Notes: generated by a model not told the origin, from the letters alone. DNA of 64,000 bases from Alistipes sp. CAG:435 (GCA_000433355.1 FR893142.1:4772-68771), one strand, 5' to 3'. Counted from the stretch's first letter, positions 30,112-41,280 are shown. Program-made: numbers and translations.

Positions 30112-31104
30112 CTAAAGGTTTACATTGTCTTTCTTCCAGTCCTCTACCGGAGGAACGATGCCAAGGGCGATGATCTCCTCACGCATCTTGCAAAGGTGCT
30201 CGTAAGACTTCTGGAGGTCAGCCATCTCGACTTCAGTTCCCTGAGGCTCGGTGAAGTGAACACCGGTGGCGTCGATCGTGGTAGGCATAGCCATCATCAC
30301 GTTCTTGAAGCCGCACTTGTCGCAGTTGACATAGCAACCAGCAGGCCAGGTGAACGGAGTTCCGCCCATAGCGCCCTCGATCATCTTGACAGCCTGGTAG
30401 GCAGGGCTCTGGAATGAAGAACGTCCACGGAGCTTGATGATGTTGGAGCCACCCTGGATGGTGTCGTGCTTGATCTCGGCCCAACGCTCCTCGGAGATGT
30501 TGTACTCGGAGAGAGGCTTGCCGTCAACCTTTGCCTTTGACGCGAAGACAGCCATCTGCTCGCCGTGACCGCCGTAGGTATAGCAATCGGTAACCTTGTA
30601 CTGCGGAACACCGCAAGCCTTCGAGATCTGCTCCTGAAGACGTGTGGAGTCAAGAGCCGCGAGAGAGGTGAGCTGGTTAGGCTTGAGGCCTGAGTGGATG
30701 AGGGCGGTGAGAGCCGTCACATCGGCCGGGTTGAAGATAACCACAACGTGGTTGACATCAGGGCAGTACTCCTTGATGTAGTCACCGAACTGAGCGGCGA
30801 TCTGGCAGTTGCCCTTGAGAAGATCCTCGCGGGTCATACCGTCCTTACGTGGAGCACCGCCGGAAGAGATGATGAACTTGGCGCCTGTGAAAGCCTCCTT
30901 AGGATCGGTTGTCCAAGTTACGTTGGCACCTGGGAAAGCACAGTGGTACATTTCCTCGGCTACACCGTGGACAGCCGGTTCGATGATGTCATAGAGACAG
31001 ATGTTAGGAGTAAGACCGAGCATAAGGGCGGTCTGAGCCATGTTGGAGCCGATCGCACCGCCGGCACCGACGATGAGCAGCTTCTCGTTTGTCAAAAATC
31101 CCAT
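30112..31104 (-). CDS. mdh: Malate dehydrogenase (LDH-like, Bacteroidetes type)
   Basis: 330 aa with LLIVGAGGAIGSNMAQ Rossmann N-terminus and conserved MDH blocks. Confidence 0.8.
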   Translation of the reverse strand: MGFLTNEKLLIVGAGGAIGSNMAQTALMLGLTPNICLYDIIEPAVHGVAEEMYHCAFPGANVTWTTDPKEAFTGAKFIISSGGAPRKDGMTREDLLKGNCQIAAQFGDYIKEYCPDVNHVVVIFNPADVTALTALIHSGLKPNQLTSLAALDSTRLQEQISKACGVPQYKVTDCYTYGGHGEQMAVFASKAKVDGKPLSEYNISEERWAEIKHDTIQGGSNIIKLRGRSSFQSPAYQAVKMIEGAMGGTPFTWPAGCYVNCDKCGFKNVMMAMPTTIDATGVHFTEPQGTEVEMADLQKSYEHLCKMREEIIALGIVPPVEDWKKDNVNL

Positions 31105-31392
31105 GATTAATAAAATTTTATGTTAAAAATCCTATAACAGTCAAAAGTGGTACAAAGATAACAATTTCTGTCGTATTTTCTTTCTAATTCAAAAAATCAT
31201 TATATTTGCAGAGATAAAGAAGATTAACTGATTATATGGAACCTCCCAGTTCTATTCTGACAGACGGCAAATCAAAGGCGGACCCCCGATCGGACGATCC
31301 GCTGTCGTGCGGCACGTTATATAATCATTCGCTGAACATCCCGGGCCGGGTCAGGGCCGCGGGGGAATTTTCTTGTTTGAATATCTGAATCT

Positions 31393-32031
31393 ATGGCACT
31401 ATATTTAAAAAAGGAATTGGAAGAGTCCAGATCCTTGATCGGGGTTTGGCAGATAACCGAGACGGAAGATAAACTTCGCGAGCTCGCCTCCGTGCCGTCC
31501 GACGAGATGGAGGAGATCTCATTCATAAGCAACGAATCACTCCGTAAGCAGAGGCTTGCGGTAAGGGCGCTTCTCTGCGAGTTGTTCGGAGAGAAGGTCT
31601 ATCTGAGCCACCATGATAACGGAAAACCTTATCTGGAGAACAGCGTCACCAACATAAGCATCACACACACGGATAAATATGTCGCTGTCATCCTGAATGA
31701 CAACGAGGATGTCGGAATAGACATCGAGTCCCTGTCCCGTGACTTCTCCGCCGTGGAGCGCAAGGCTCTTTCCGAGGACGAGGTCGATGACCTTGATGAT
31801 GACAAGAGGAACGAGCAGCTGGCGATCTATTGGTGCGCCAAGGAAGCCATCTTCAAAAGACTTTCGGCCTACAGGGTGAATTTCGCCGAGCAGATCGAGG
31901 TCGAGCGTTTCCGCCCGAAAGGTGAGGGTGAGCTTGACGCGACCTTCATCCACAAGGATGGCTACGAGGAAGAGTTTGAGCTTGAATATATCACCTTTGA
32001 CAACCACGTGCTTGTCTGGGTGGTAGGATAG
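31393..32031 (+). CDS. 4'-phosphopantetheinyl transferase (Sfp/AcpT superfamily)
   Basis: ISITHTDKYVAV, GIDIE and WCAKEAIFKR motifs. Confidence 0.7.
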   Translation: MALYLKKELEESRSLIGVWQITETEDKLRELASVPSDEMEEISFISNESLRKQRLAVRALLCELFGEKVYLSHHDNGKPYLENSVTNISITHTDKYVAVILNDNEDVGIDIESLSRDFSAVERKALSEDEVDDLDDDKRNEQLAIYWCAKEAIFKRLSAYRVNFAEQIEVERFRPKGEGELDATFIHKDGYEEEFELEYITFDNHVLVWVVG

Positions 32032-32061
32032 TATCGTTTAACCATTTAACATATCAGCATC

Positions 32062-32622
32062 ATGTCAACGACAGTTTTGGTGATAATCGCCATTTTGGTG
32101 GTCATATTCATTTACATCTTCTTGACCCAGAGGAAATTCGTCGCTCTGGAGGAAAAGATGAAGAACGCTTTCAGCCAGATCAACGTCCAGATGAAATCCC
32201 GTTGGGATGCCGTGACGAATCTGGTCGAGATGACCAAGCAGTACACAAAGTACGAGCACGACACCCTTGTGGACGTGATCTCGAAGCGCAACGCCAATGT
32301 CTCCAATCCGGGCGAGTTGGCGGAGAGCGAGGCCTCTCTTCGTTCTGTTGTGGGACGCTTGAATGTAGTCGCCGAGCAGTACCCTCAGCTGGGTGCCGAC
32401 ACGGTGTTTGTCAAGACAATGGGCGACATCAAGGACTACGAGGAGAAAGTCCGTCTCAGCAGGATGGTCTACAATGACTGCGTGACGAAGATGAATATGA
32501 TGGCTCGCCAATGGCCTTCCTCAATGGTGGCCGCCATGCTCCATTTCTCGACCCACGAACTCCTGCCGGAAGACCAGACTGTCGTCAACGCGCCTTCAGT
32601 CTCAGACATATTCAACAAGTAG
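32062..32622 (+). CDS. lemA: LemA-family protein
   Basis: N-terminal TM then the LemA helical domain. It is paired with the downstream DUF2207 gene. Confidence 0.7.
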   Translation: MSTTVLVIIAILVVIFIYIFLTQRKFVALEEKMKNAFSQINVQMKSRWDAVTNLVEMTKQYTKYEHDTLVDVISKRNANVSNPGELAESEASLRSVVGRLNVVAEQYPQLGADTVFVKTMGDIKDYEEKVRLSRMVYNDCVTKMNMMARQWPSSMVAAMLHFSTHELLPEDQTVVNAPSVSDIFNK

Positions 32623-32626
32623 GATC

Positions 32627-34282
32627 ATGAGGAGGCTTTGGACATTTTTCCTGGCCGCCGTCCTGTCTCTCGTCGCTGTCCCGATGTCCGGCAGCGACGT
32701 TGACTCGTTGAGAATCAACGTGGAACTACGGGACAACGGATCTGCCATTGTGACCGAGACATGGCATATTGATGTCTCTGACGACATTACGGAGTGGTAC
32801 CTCGTGGCCGACAACATGGGTCAGATGACCATTGAGGATCTGGCGGTCAGCGACGAGACCCTCGGCGACTATCTCAACGAAGGCGAATGGGATGTTGACC
32901 GCAGCCGCGCCCTGAAGGCGGGCCGCTGCGGACTTGTGACCAAATCCAACGGCTATGAGATCTGCTGGGGCGTGGGAAGTTCCGGCAGGCACACCTACAC
33001 CGTCCGCTATCTTCTCACCGGCCTTGTCAAGGGTCATGAGGACATGGACGGATTCAACCACATGTTCGTAGCCCGTAACCTGGGTTCGTCACCCAAATCC
33101 ATCATCCTGACCGTCAGGAAACCGGGAATGGAGTTCTCCACGGAGAACACGAAGGTCTGGGCGTTCGGTTTCCGGGGAGAGATACACGTGGAGAACGGGA
33201 TTGTCGTGGCCAGAACCACGGAGCCTTTCATCAAGGAGAGTGCTATGATCGTCATGGTCGGCTTCGAGAAGGGCATGTTCCATCCGGACCTTGTAGAGAA
33301 GCGGACATTCGACCAAGTCCGCAAGAAGGCCCTAAAAGGCAGTGACTACTCCTCTTCGGGAGAGTACGGCTTCTGGGAATGGGCGTCCGTCATATTCTTT
33401 GCCTTCATCGTCATCCTTGTGTTCCTGGCTCTCATCGCCGCCATAAAGGACAAGATCAACAAGATCAAACGCAAGAAGGAGCTTCTTGGCGGGAGGATCA
33501 AGGATGTGCCTTGGTACAGGGACACGCCGGTAAACGGTGACTTGCGGAAGGCAAGCAACATACTGACAGAGTTCGAGGGCCTCAAATCAACCCAAAGACA
33601 GAATCTTATCGCCGCCTACATCACAAGGCTCTTCCTTAAGGGAGGATTCGAGATTGTCCCGCAGCCGGACGGCTCAAAGCCTCAGATGCTGGTCAAGGAT
33701 CTTCCGGACACCGCGGCGCAGGACGATGACACGAAGCTTGAGTCCGAGCTGCACTCGTTCATCAAGGAGGCCGCCGGAGATGACAGGATCCTCCAGAAGA
33801 ACGAGCTCCGGAGATGGTCCAGGTACAACGGCAGGACATTGTACGCCTGGAGCAACAGGATAGAGAACGGAGCGACCGTCTGGACGATGAAGCCGGAGGA
33901 GGTTCGCCAGGTCTTCGGACTCAGAAAATTCCTAAAGGATTTCACGCTGATCAAGGACAGGGGTGTGGTAGAGGTGAAACTGTGGAACGACTACCTTGTC
34001 TTCGCATCCCTTTACGGCATCGCCGACCAGGTGATAAAGGACTTCCGGAAAGTCTGTCCCGAGTACTTCAGGCTGTCCTCGTCCGCGGAGTTTTTTGCCG
34101 ACAGCGCGACCAACATTATGATCTGGGACATGATCAACATGACCTCCAGGGACTTCAATGTGGCGGCCTCCACCTATGAGGCCTCGCTCAACAGCTCAAG
34201 CTCAAGCGGCGGAGGAGGATCGTCATCCTGGGGCGGCGGAGGAGGCTTCTCCGGCGGAGGATCCGGCGGAGGCGGACGCTAA
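32627..34282 (+). CDS. DUF2207-domain membrane protein with a Gly/Ser-rich C-terminal tail
   Basis: 551 aa with a signal peptide, a central TM, and a tail SSSSGGGGSSSWGGGGGFSGGGSGGGGR. Canonical partner of LemA. Confidence 0.65.
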   Translation: MRRLWTFFLAAVLSLVAVPMSGSDVDSLRINVELRDNGSAIVTETWHIDVSDDITEWYLVADNMGQMTIEDLAVSDETLGDYLNEGEWDVDRSRALKAGRCGLVTKSNGYEICWGVGSSGRHTYTVRYLLTGLVKGHEDMDGFNHMFVARNLGSSPKSIILTVRKPGMEFSTENTKVWAFGFRGEIHVENGIVVARTTEPFIKESAMIVMVGFEKGMFHPDLVEKRTFDQVRKKALKGSDYSSSGEYGFWEWASVIFFAFIVILVFLALIAAIKDKINKIKRKKELLGGRIKDVPWYRDTPVNGDLRKASNILTEFEGLKSTQRQNLIAAYITRLFLKGGFEIVPQPDGSKPQMLVKDLPDTAAQDDDTKLESELHSFIKEAAGDDRILQKNELRRWSRYNGRTLYAWSNRIENGATVWTMKPEEVRQVFGLRKFLKDFTLIKDRGVVEVKLWNDYLVFASLYGIADQVIKDFRKVCPEYFRLSSSAEFFADSATNIMIWDMINMTSRDFNVAASTYEASLNSSSSSGGGGSSSWGGGGGFSGGGSGGGGR

Positions 34283-34356
34283 CATCCGGTCACCAAGAAG
34301 CTGTTTTCAAACAAATCAAGACAACTTCTTAGCTGAAAGCCACTCCAGGCGGCGGA

Positions 34357-34839
34357 GTGGATGTCGAACTTCACGGTACAGCCCGCGCCAGTTTCGGAAA
34401 AACCGTCAACGATGTCATCGACAGCATGCAGGAGGAGTTGTTCCGCGAGAAGGATTTCCGTTTCTGGGAATGCCTTGGAACGAATGTCGCACTGCCTTCA
34501 GTCAAGTTTGACTCAGTGTTCATATTCACACACTTCATCCTGCATTTCTATCACAGCGGACTCGGACTACCGAAAGAAGAGATGCCATTCTACGATCCGC
34601 AATTCGCAAAGTACTCCGACATGATCTGGGCTTCGATGAAACATTCCGGCAATTTCGGAAGGAAGATGAACGCCGGACGCGACATAAAATCCGAGTCTTT
34701 CCTTCTTCGCAAGGCAAGATCCCTGAAAGGACATCTTCTGTGGATGTCACGCCACTTCACCTTGTCCCCAAAGAACACGCTGAGAGCGCTATGCGGCACT
34801 ATCGTCACCGGAGTGGCCGCAGCGGTAAAGGGACAATAA
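34357..34839 (+). CDS. Hypothetical protein (low confidence)
   Basis: 160-aa ORF filling the convergent gap between the DUF2207 gene and the GH106-like gene. No recognisable motifs and it could be spurious. Confidence 0.25.
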   Translation: MDVELHGTARASFGKTVNDVIDSMQEELFREKDFRFWECLGTNVALPSVKFDSVFIFTHFILHFYHSGLGLPKEEMPFYDPQFAKYSDMIWASMKHSGNFGRKMNAGRDIKSESFLLRKARSLKGHLLWMSRHFTLSPKNTLRALCGTIVTGVAAAVKGQ

Positions 34840-34937
34840 TCACGTCATACGAGGAGACCGGACGGGGGAGAATATTTCCGGACACTTCACACATTGAACA
34901 TGAAAGAGGGCAGCCCATCAAGGCCGCCCTCTCACAT

Positions 34938-37900
34938 CTACTTACCGTAGTCGTAGATCTGAAGTTCGATAGGGCCGAGAAGGCCGGAAGGCTGAAGCTC
35001 GGAATCCTTGTTGAGGTAGGTCGCCGTCTGGAAGGTGAACCTCTCGTTGGCAGGAATGGCTTCCTTCTCTCCGATCACTCTGTTCCTCCAGCAGTTGACA
35101 ACCTCCACCTCGATCGTGTTCACGCCCTTCCTGAGCAGGTTTGTGATGTTGAGCCTGTAAGGAGCCGTCCAGACACCGCCGGCATATTCACCGTTGACCT
35201 TTACCTTCGCCATCACCATGACCTTTCCCAGATCAACGTAGACCTCTCCCTGTGGCAGCTTCTTAAGCTTGAAGCTGTTGGTGTAGGTGGCGTCTCCGGA
35301 GAAATACTTGATCCTCGGATCGTCGCTGGTGGTCCAGTCATAGAGCGTGTCGAATGTGACCGGTGCCTCAGGGCCGCCCCTCTTCTCCTGGAAAGCGACG
35401 GTCCAAGGGGTGTCGATGGTCGCCAGGACAGACTTCTCCGGATAGTTGCAGCCTTCAGAGACCGCCTTGTCAGTGTCCTTCCTGAACACGATGAACGAGC
35501 TTTCGTAGGCTTCAAGCCTCATCGGAACCTTGGTGGTCTTCGTGAGTGTCCTGTACTGCCTCAAGTCACGGACATCCTTGGTGAGCGGATTCCATAGCTC
35601 AGGAGTCTTGCCCTGCACGCGGAACAGGCCATCGAATGAGATAGCCTTGTCTCCCTGGTTGGAGACGAAGTAATACTCCCCGTCCGCGAGTCTGAGATGG
35701 ATGAACTGTATAGGCAGAGCCGGATCCTCCGTGGTGAAGTCAGGGGCGATGCCCAGATCGGCGAACACCTCCTCAAGCGAGGCGTCCTTGTAGATTCTGC
35801 CCTTGCCGTAGCTCACGGAGCGCGAGAACGGATCCGTGTTGTTTCTCCACATCCTGGCAGCGATGCCCCTTACCTTCACATCGCACTCCGGGTAGCCCTT
35901 CATGCTCGGAGATCTCTCCGGAGCCGGGCCAAGGATCACAAGACCGTCACGGACAAGCGTCTCAAGCTTTTCAAGGAGTTCCGGACGCATGGTCTTGATC
36001 TTAGGAAGAACGAGGACGGAGTAGTGCATACCGCTTTCAAGGGTGAGTTTGCCATCCTTCACACAGGCCTTCATGACCACATCGCTGTTGATGTAGTCGA
36101 ACGAGAATCCCTCAGGAAGTTCCGGATCCTTCGTTCCGGTCATCTTAGGACAGTCTTCGCCAAGGAAGTAGGCGACATCGGCCACATAGCGTCCCTGCTG
36201 GAGCATGTAGTTGCAGCGCTTGATGTAGTCGTTGAACACGTCCAGTTGGGAGAACCAGGTGTTGTGACGGTTGAACTCATTGCCGAACCATGCGTTGACG
36301 CCAGGCACTCTGTCGTCAGGCTGCTGTATGTAAAGATGGTACAGGGTAGCGTTGATGCCCTCGGTGAAGAAACGGTCACCGCGCTGTTTCATCTGGCCGG
36401 GATACTGTGTGAAGTCAGGCCCTCCGCAGGTGAAGCTCTCGGCCCAGACCTTACGCTTTCCGTAGATGTGGCCGCAGGATGAGGCCACCCGGTTCTCGAT
36501 GTCGCCAAGGTCGCCGAAACTCCAGAACTCGCCGGCGATCTCATCGGACTGCGATCCGTACTGGAGGAAGTCTCCAGGGAAGCCCCAATGGCCGTAGTTC
36601 TCAAGCCAGGTGGTCAGGCCATGCTCGTTGCTGACCTCACGAAGACCGCCCACATAGTTGTAGGACACCTCATCGGCGACAAGCCGCCTGAGATCCCAAA
36701 GGAAACGGTCGGACATGTCCTCGCTGCCGACCACCACACCACTCATGACAGGGATGAAAGGCACCGGATCGTAGCCGTAGGCCGCGATGAAATCCTCGAT
36801 CAGATTGTCGGTCCAGTTCTGGCCTCCTGTCTCGTAGCTGTCCTCCACACAGACCTTGAACATCTTTCTGTCCTCGGCAGGGATCCTCTTCAGTATCTGG
36901 CCGAGATAGTTGTCAAAGTGTGTGCGTATGTGCTTCTTGCTCATCTTGTCCGTCTCAAGTCCGGTTCCCTCCACAGGCGCCGGGGAGCAGAGCGTGCCGG
37001 TAGGAAGCATGGCCGTCCTCATGACCACCCAGTCGCCTGCCGGAACATCCCAGACGAGCGTCCCGTCTTCGGACACATTGGCGGTTATGTCCTTGACCTC
37101 ACTTTCAGGAACACCCTCATAGTCAGGCTGATCCCTCCACATGTAGGCATCCCACATAGGATGCGGGGTCTGCCACATCTTTGAGAGGGACTTCTCTGGG
37201 TATCTCTCCACGGCCGGTTTGTCGGACAGGGTGACGCTCTTTACGACCCCAGGCTTGACCTTGAGGACAAACTCGCCCGCGACCGTCTCGGGGATAGAGA
37301 TCACAACTGGAGCGAATGGCTCGAAACCGACATTCGTGTCGGAACGGCTCCTGTCGATAAGGAACTCCTCGACAAGCGTGAGTTCTCCGCCTTTCCTCGC
37401 GTAGAGAGACGCCTCGCTGACAACCTCCTTATCGACAGGCTTGATGAAGACCGAACGCACGACTGCCTCCTTGCCGGCCTTGAATGTGATGGTTCCGTCT
37501 TCGGCCACCTCGGACGCGAAGCTGACGGAGGCAGCTGACAGAGGATAGGCAAGAACCCTGACAGGCTGCGCGTCCTTTCCGAGCTCACGAAGTTTCCCGT
37601 TGAACCTCACCGGACCGGAAACCGTGTCCTTCACATAGCCAAGATACCTCATCGCCTGCGATGGCTCGACCCAAGGGCCGCCGCTCTGGCTCCATCCAGG
37701 ACTGTTGAACATACCGATCTCGATGCCGAGCTCGCCCGCGGTCTTGAACATCGTGTGAAGGATGTCCCACCATTCGTCCGTGAACATCCTGACCGGCCCC
37801 TGAGGAGCGCCCTGTCCCTCGCCGATCATGCCGATGAAGGCCCTGTTGATGCCTACAGACTTCATCGCCTGGAGATCCTTTACGACTCCTTCCTTGGACA

Positions 37901-38060
37901 TGTTCCCGGCAACCCAGTACCAGTAGATGCCAAGTTGCTGACTCTCAGGAGTGTCCTTGAAGTTCTTCTCAACTGTACTGATGCTGTCCTGGGCGAAGGC
38001 TGATCCGCCCAGAAGCAGAAAGACGGCCACAAGCCATCTGATTTTTTTAACCATAATCAT
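34938..38060 (-). CDS. Secreted GH106-like glycoside hydrolase (putative alpha-L-rhamnosidase family)
   Basis: 1040 aa with a signal peptide. The N-terminal block GIYWYWVAGNMSKEGVVKDLQAMKSVGINRAFIG is typical of the Bacteroides GH106 family, and there is a C-terminal GH2-like sugar-binding domain. Confidence 0.55.
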   Translation of the reverse strand: MIMVKKIRWLVAVFLLLGGSAFAQDSISTVEKNFKDTPESQQLGIYWYWVAGNMSKEGVVKDLQAMKSVGINRAFIGMIGEGQGAPQGPVRMFTDEWWDILHTMFKTAGELGIEIGMFNSPGWSQSGGPWVEPSQAMRYLGYVKDTVSGPVRFNGKLRELGKDAQPVRVLAYPLSAASVSFASEVAEDGTITFKAGKEAVVRSVFIKPVDKEVVSEASLYARKGGELTLVEEFLIDRSRSDTNVGFEPFAPVVISIPETVAGEFVLKVKPGVVKSVTLSDKPAVERYPEKSLSKMWQTPHPMWDAYMWRDQPDYEGVPESEVKDITANVSEDGTLVWDVPAGDWVVMRTAMLPTGTLCSPAPVEGTGLETDKMSKKHIRTHFDNYLGQILKRIPAEDRKMFKVCVEDSYETGGQNWTDNLIEDFIAAYGYDPVPFIPVMSGVVVGSEDMSDRFLWDLRRLVADEVSYNYVGGLREVSNEHGLTTWLENYGHWGFPGDFLQYGSQSDEIAGEFWSFGDLGDIENRVASSCGHIYGKRKVWAESFTCGGPDFTQYPGQMKQRGDRFFTEGINATLYHLYIQQPDDRVPGVNAWFGNEFNRHNTWFSQLDVFNDYIKRCNYMLQQGRYVADVAYFLGEDCPKMTGTKDPELPEGFSFDYINSDVVMKACVKDGKLTLESGMHYSVLVLPKIKTMRPELLEKLETLVRDGLVILGPAPERSPSMKGYPECDVKVRGIAARMWRNNTDPFSRSVSYGKGRIYKDASLEEVFADLGIAPDFTTEDPALPIQFIHLRLADGEYYFVSNQGDKAISFDGLFRVQGKTPELWNPLTKDVRDLRQYRTLTKTTKVPMRLEAYESSFIVFRKDTDKAVSEGCNYPEKSVLATIDTPWTVAFQEKRGGPEAPVTFDTLYDWTTSDDPRIKYFSGDATYTNSFKLKKLPQGEVYVDLGKVMVMAKVKVNGEYAGGVWTAPYRLNITNLLRKGVNTIEVEVVNCWRNRVIGEKEAIPANERFTFQTATYLNKDSELQPSGLLGPIELQIYDYGK

Positions 38061-38393
38061 TTTTTTGGGAATATTACATCCTAAGTAACTCTTTGTAATC
38101 CCTAAAGATTACCAAAAAGTGGTTTTTTCAAATTTAGAAAAAAATCTAAACGGGCTGCAATTATTATCAAAATGTAAATGCCAATTATCAAAATGCCAAT
38201 ACCACCGCAGAGCAGATTCGAGGGAGACTCCGCCCACATAACCAACGAAGGTAGGCGAGAGACGTAAAGTCTGGTGCGAACGGCATAAAATTCGTACTAT
38301 ATTCTTTTAAAAGTGTTATTTTTGTGGTTGAGAGCCATGCCGCCGGGCAACCGCGCGACAGCGACGGCTCCAATCTGCGGAGAAAGAAAGAAC

Positions 38394-40061
38394 ATGAAGG
38401 TGAAAAGGATTATTATGATGGTTCTAGCCGGGATGCTCTTTGCGTCCGGGCTGGGATACTCACAGAACAACAAGGTCTCCAAGACTGCTGACAGTGAACT
38501 GATTGACGCTGTCGCCGCTTTGGACAACAAACAGTATAAGGAAGCAAAGGACAGGCTGGAGAAAATCACGGAGACGGCTCCCGGAAACGACGCGGCGTTC
38601 TATTATCTTGGAATGTGCCGGCTTTACCTCAATGACCTCAGCGGTGCGAAGGCGTCGTTCAAGAAGGCCTCCGAGCTGGATCCGTCCAATTTCTGGTACA
38701 AGGAAAGGCTCGCGCGGACATATTCATTGTCGGGAGAGGACGATCTGACTATCGCCACCTACGAAGCACTGCTGAAGGATTTTCCGAAGAAGAACGACAT
38801 CTATTTCACGCTGGTCAACCTCTACCTCAAGCAGAACCAGTACGACAAGGCCCTCGGGGCAATGGACCAGATCGAGAACGTGTTCGGGAAAAGCGAGAAC
38901 GTGACCGCCACGAGGTACGACATCCTGCTACGCCAGAACAAGCCGGAGGAGGCCCTGAAAACGCTGGTGGACTACAACAAGGAGTTCTCATCCCCTTACG
39001 TCCTGACCAAACTGGGCGACCATTCGATGGCGGAATATAAAGACACGGCGGCCCTTGCGTATTACCGCGAGGCGCTGGACCTCCGGAGCGGGTATATGCC
39101 GGCACTGCTCGGGGAATCCGAAGTGTACCGCATCCGCAGGAACTTCCCGGAATTTTTCAAGACAGTGAACCTGTTCATCGCCGACGAGGAGACCGAGGTG
39201 CAGACCAAGACACAGTATCTGGATATGCTCGTGAGGCGTTCCGACCCTCGGTTCATCCAGAATGTCAAGCCGCAGATCGACACGCTGTACGAGAATCTGG
39301 TGCTGGTCCACCCGACGGACAGCGCCGCGCTCACAGCGGCCGGACTATACTGGTACTCAACGGAAAGGGTGGACAAAGCCAAAGAATTGCTGCGCAAGAA
39401 TATGACCTTGTACCCGGAAAGCCTCGGGGCTACGGCGACATACGTGCAACTCCTTGGGCTCCAGAAGGATTGGGACGCGTTGGACATCGCCTGCGACAGC
39501 GCTTTGGTGCGATTCCCGAAAGAGACATCATTCCTGGATATGAAGAATGTCTCCTGCTACAACAGAAAGGACTGGCAGGGAATCATCGACAACAACAAGA
39601 GAATCATCGAGATGGCGCAGGGCGACACATCGGTGACAATTCCGGCTCTGGCCTCCATCGGCGACATGTACCACGAGCTCGGGAACGAGAAAGAAGCCTT
39701 CAAGGTTTACTCCCAGGTTCTGAAAATCAATCCGGACTACGCTCCGGCGCTGAACAACTACGCCTACTATCTCGCGCTCAAGGGCAGCAAGCTCAAGAAG
39801 GCCTGCGCGATGAGCAAAAAGACAATCGAAAAAGAGCCGGACAACCCGACATATCTGGACACATACGGCTGGATCCTGCATCTTTTGGGACGGGACCAGG
39901 AAGCCAAAACGCAATTCAAGCACGCTATGCTTTACGGAGCCAAGGAGAGCGTGACAAGCCTGGAGCACTATGCGGTTGTGCTTGAAGCACTTGGAGAGAC
40001 AGACCTCGCCAAGGTTTACAGGACGTTGGCTGAGAACAGAAAAGCGGAGGGCAAGGAATAA
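38394..40061 (+). CDS. Tetratricopeptide-repeat lipoprotein/secreted protein
   Basis: The start was moved to MKVKRIIMM (signal peptide). Multiple TPR units follow. Confidence 0.65.
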   Translation: MKVKRIIMMVLAGMLFASGLGYSQNNKVSKTADSELIDAVAALDNKQYKEAKDRLEKITETAPGNDAAFYYLGMCRLYLNDLSGAKASFKKASELDPSNFWYKERLARTYSLSGEDDLTIATYEALLKDFPKKNDIYFTLVNLYLKQNQYDKALGAMDQIENVFGKSENVTATRYDILLRQNKPEEALKTLVDYNKEFSSPYVLTKLGDHSMAEYKDTAALAYYREALDLRSGYMPALLGESEVYRIRRNFPEFFKTVNLFIADEETEVQTKTQYLDMLVRRSDPRFIQNVKPQIDTLYENLVLVHPTDSAALTAAGLYWYSTERVDKAKELLRKNMTLYPESLGATATYVQLLGLQKDWDALDIACDSALVRFPKETSFLDMKNVSCYNRKDWQGIIDNNKRIIEMAQGDTSVTIPALASIGDMYHELGNEKEAFKVYSQVLKINPDYAPALNNYAYYLALKGSKLKKACAMSKKTIEKEPDNPTYLDTYGWILHLLGRDQEAKTQFKHAMLYGAKESVTSLEHYAVVLEALGETDLAKVYRTLAENRKAEGKE

Positions 40062-41269
40062 TGGGAAGACGGACCGGGATATTCATTCTTGTTGTCATCG
40101 CCTCGCTGGCCTGGCATATTCCGGCATATTCCCAAAATACCCGGACGCAGGAGGCGCGCAGGGCAAGGCTCCAGAAGGAGATAGCCATTCTGGACGAGCA
40201 GATCAGGGCGAATTCCGCGAAAAGCGCCAACGCCATGAGCCGCCTCACACTCATCAGCGGCAAGATTGAATCAAGGAAACAGCTGATAGCGGAAAGCGAT
40301 AGGGTGATTTCCGAATATTCCGACTCCATTCGTAAGAAAGGGTTGGAAATCAAGGCTATACAAGCACGCCTGGACACATTGTCCGATCATTATGGAAGAC
40401 TGGTCCGTGGAGCGTATGTGAACCGTAGCCCTAAGATCTGGTACATGTACATCCTCGCCAGCGACAATATCGGGCAGGCATTCAGACGCTACGGCTACCT
40501 CAGGGATCTTTCAAAGCAGATGAACTCACAGGCTTCGAAAATCATTGATGTCCAGACCGAGCTGAAAAAGGAAAGCGAGGCATTGGCGGCCATGAAGCGG
40601 GAAGCCGAATCCATCAAGGCGTTGAGGGTGACGGAGATGAACAAGCTGAAGGCCGAGGAGAATGATTCGCGGAATCTTGTCAGCCAGCTGAAAAAGAACA
40701 AGAGGAAGTACCAGCAGGACTTGTCCAGAAAGCAACGTGAGGTGGATGCCCTGAACAGGGAAATCGAGAGGATCATCCGTGACGCCACAGATGAGAAAGG
40801 CTCAGGTAAGGCCGGAAAAGGCAAGTCAACAGCCAAGCGCAAGCCTATCGACTACACTCTTGCCAAGAAATTCGAGGCTAACAAAGGCAAGCTTCCATGG
40901 CCTGCGGACGGGCCTGTCGTGGATCATTTCGGCCAGCGTTTCCATCCGGTCTATACAAACCTCAAGCTTCCGTTCAACAACGGTGTGACAATCGCACTTG
41001 CCGCCGGAACAGAAATCAAGGCAGTCTTTGACGGGGATGTGAAGCAGATTGTGGTCATGCCTGGGTACAACAAGTGTGTACTCGTGCAGCATGGCAATTA
41101 CTTCTCGTTCTACTGCAAGCTGGGGACGGTGAGCGTCAAGGCCGGTGACAAGGTCAAGACCGGGCAGGTTGTCGGGACGGTTGACACGATCGGCGGGGAG
41201 ACGCAGCTACATTTCCAGATCTGGTCTGGGCGCACGCCGCAGAATCCGGAGACTTGGCTAAGGCCATAA
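40061..41269 (+). CDS. M23 peptidase with N-terminal coiled coil (EnvC-like murein hydrolase activator)
   Basis: Signal peptide, a long coiled-coil region, and a C-terminal LytM/M23 domain (HFGQRFHPVYTNLKLPFNNGV ... QLHFQIW). Confidence 0.7.
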   Translation: MGRRTGIFILVVIASLAWHIPAYSQNTRTQEARRARLQKEIAILDEQIRANSAKSANAMSRLTLISGKIESRKQLIAESDRVISEYSDSIRKKGLEIKAIQARLDTLSDHYGRLVRGAYVNRSPKIWYMYILASDNIGQAFRRYGYLRDLSKQMNSQASKIIDVQTELKKESEALAAMKREAESIKALRVTEMNKLKAEENDSRNLVSQLKKNKRKYQQDLSRKQREVDALNREIERIIRDATDEKGSGKAGKGKSTAKRKPIDYTLAKKFEANKGKLPWPADGPVVDHFGQRFHPVYTNLKLPFNNGVTIALAAGTEIKAVFDGDVKQIVVMPGYNKCVLVQHGNYFSFYCKLGTVSVKAGDKVKTGQVVGTVDTIGGETQLHFQIWSGRTPQNPETWLRP

Positions 41270-41280
41270 ATTCATTTGAT

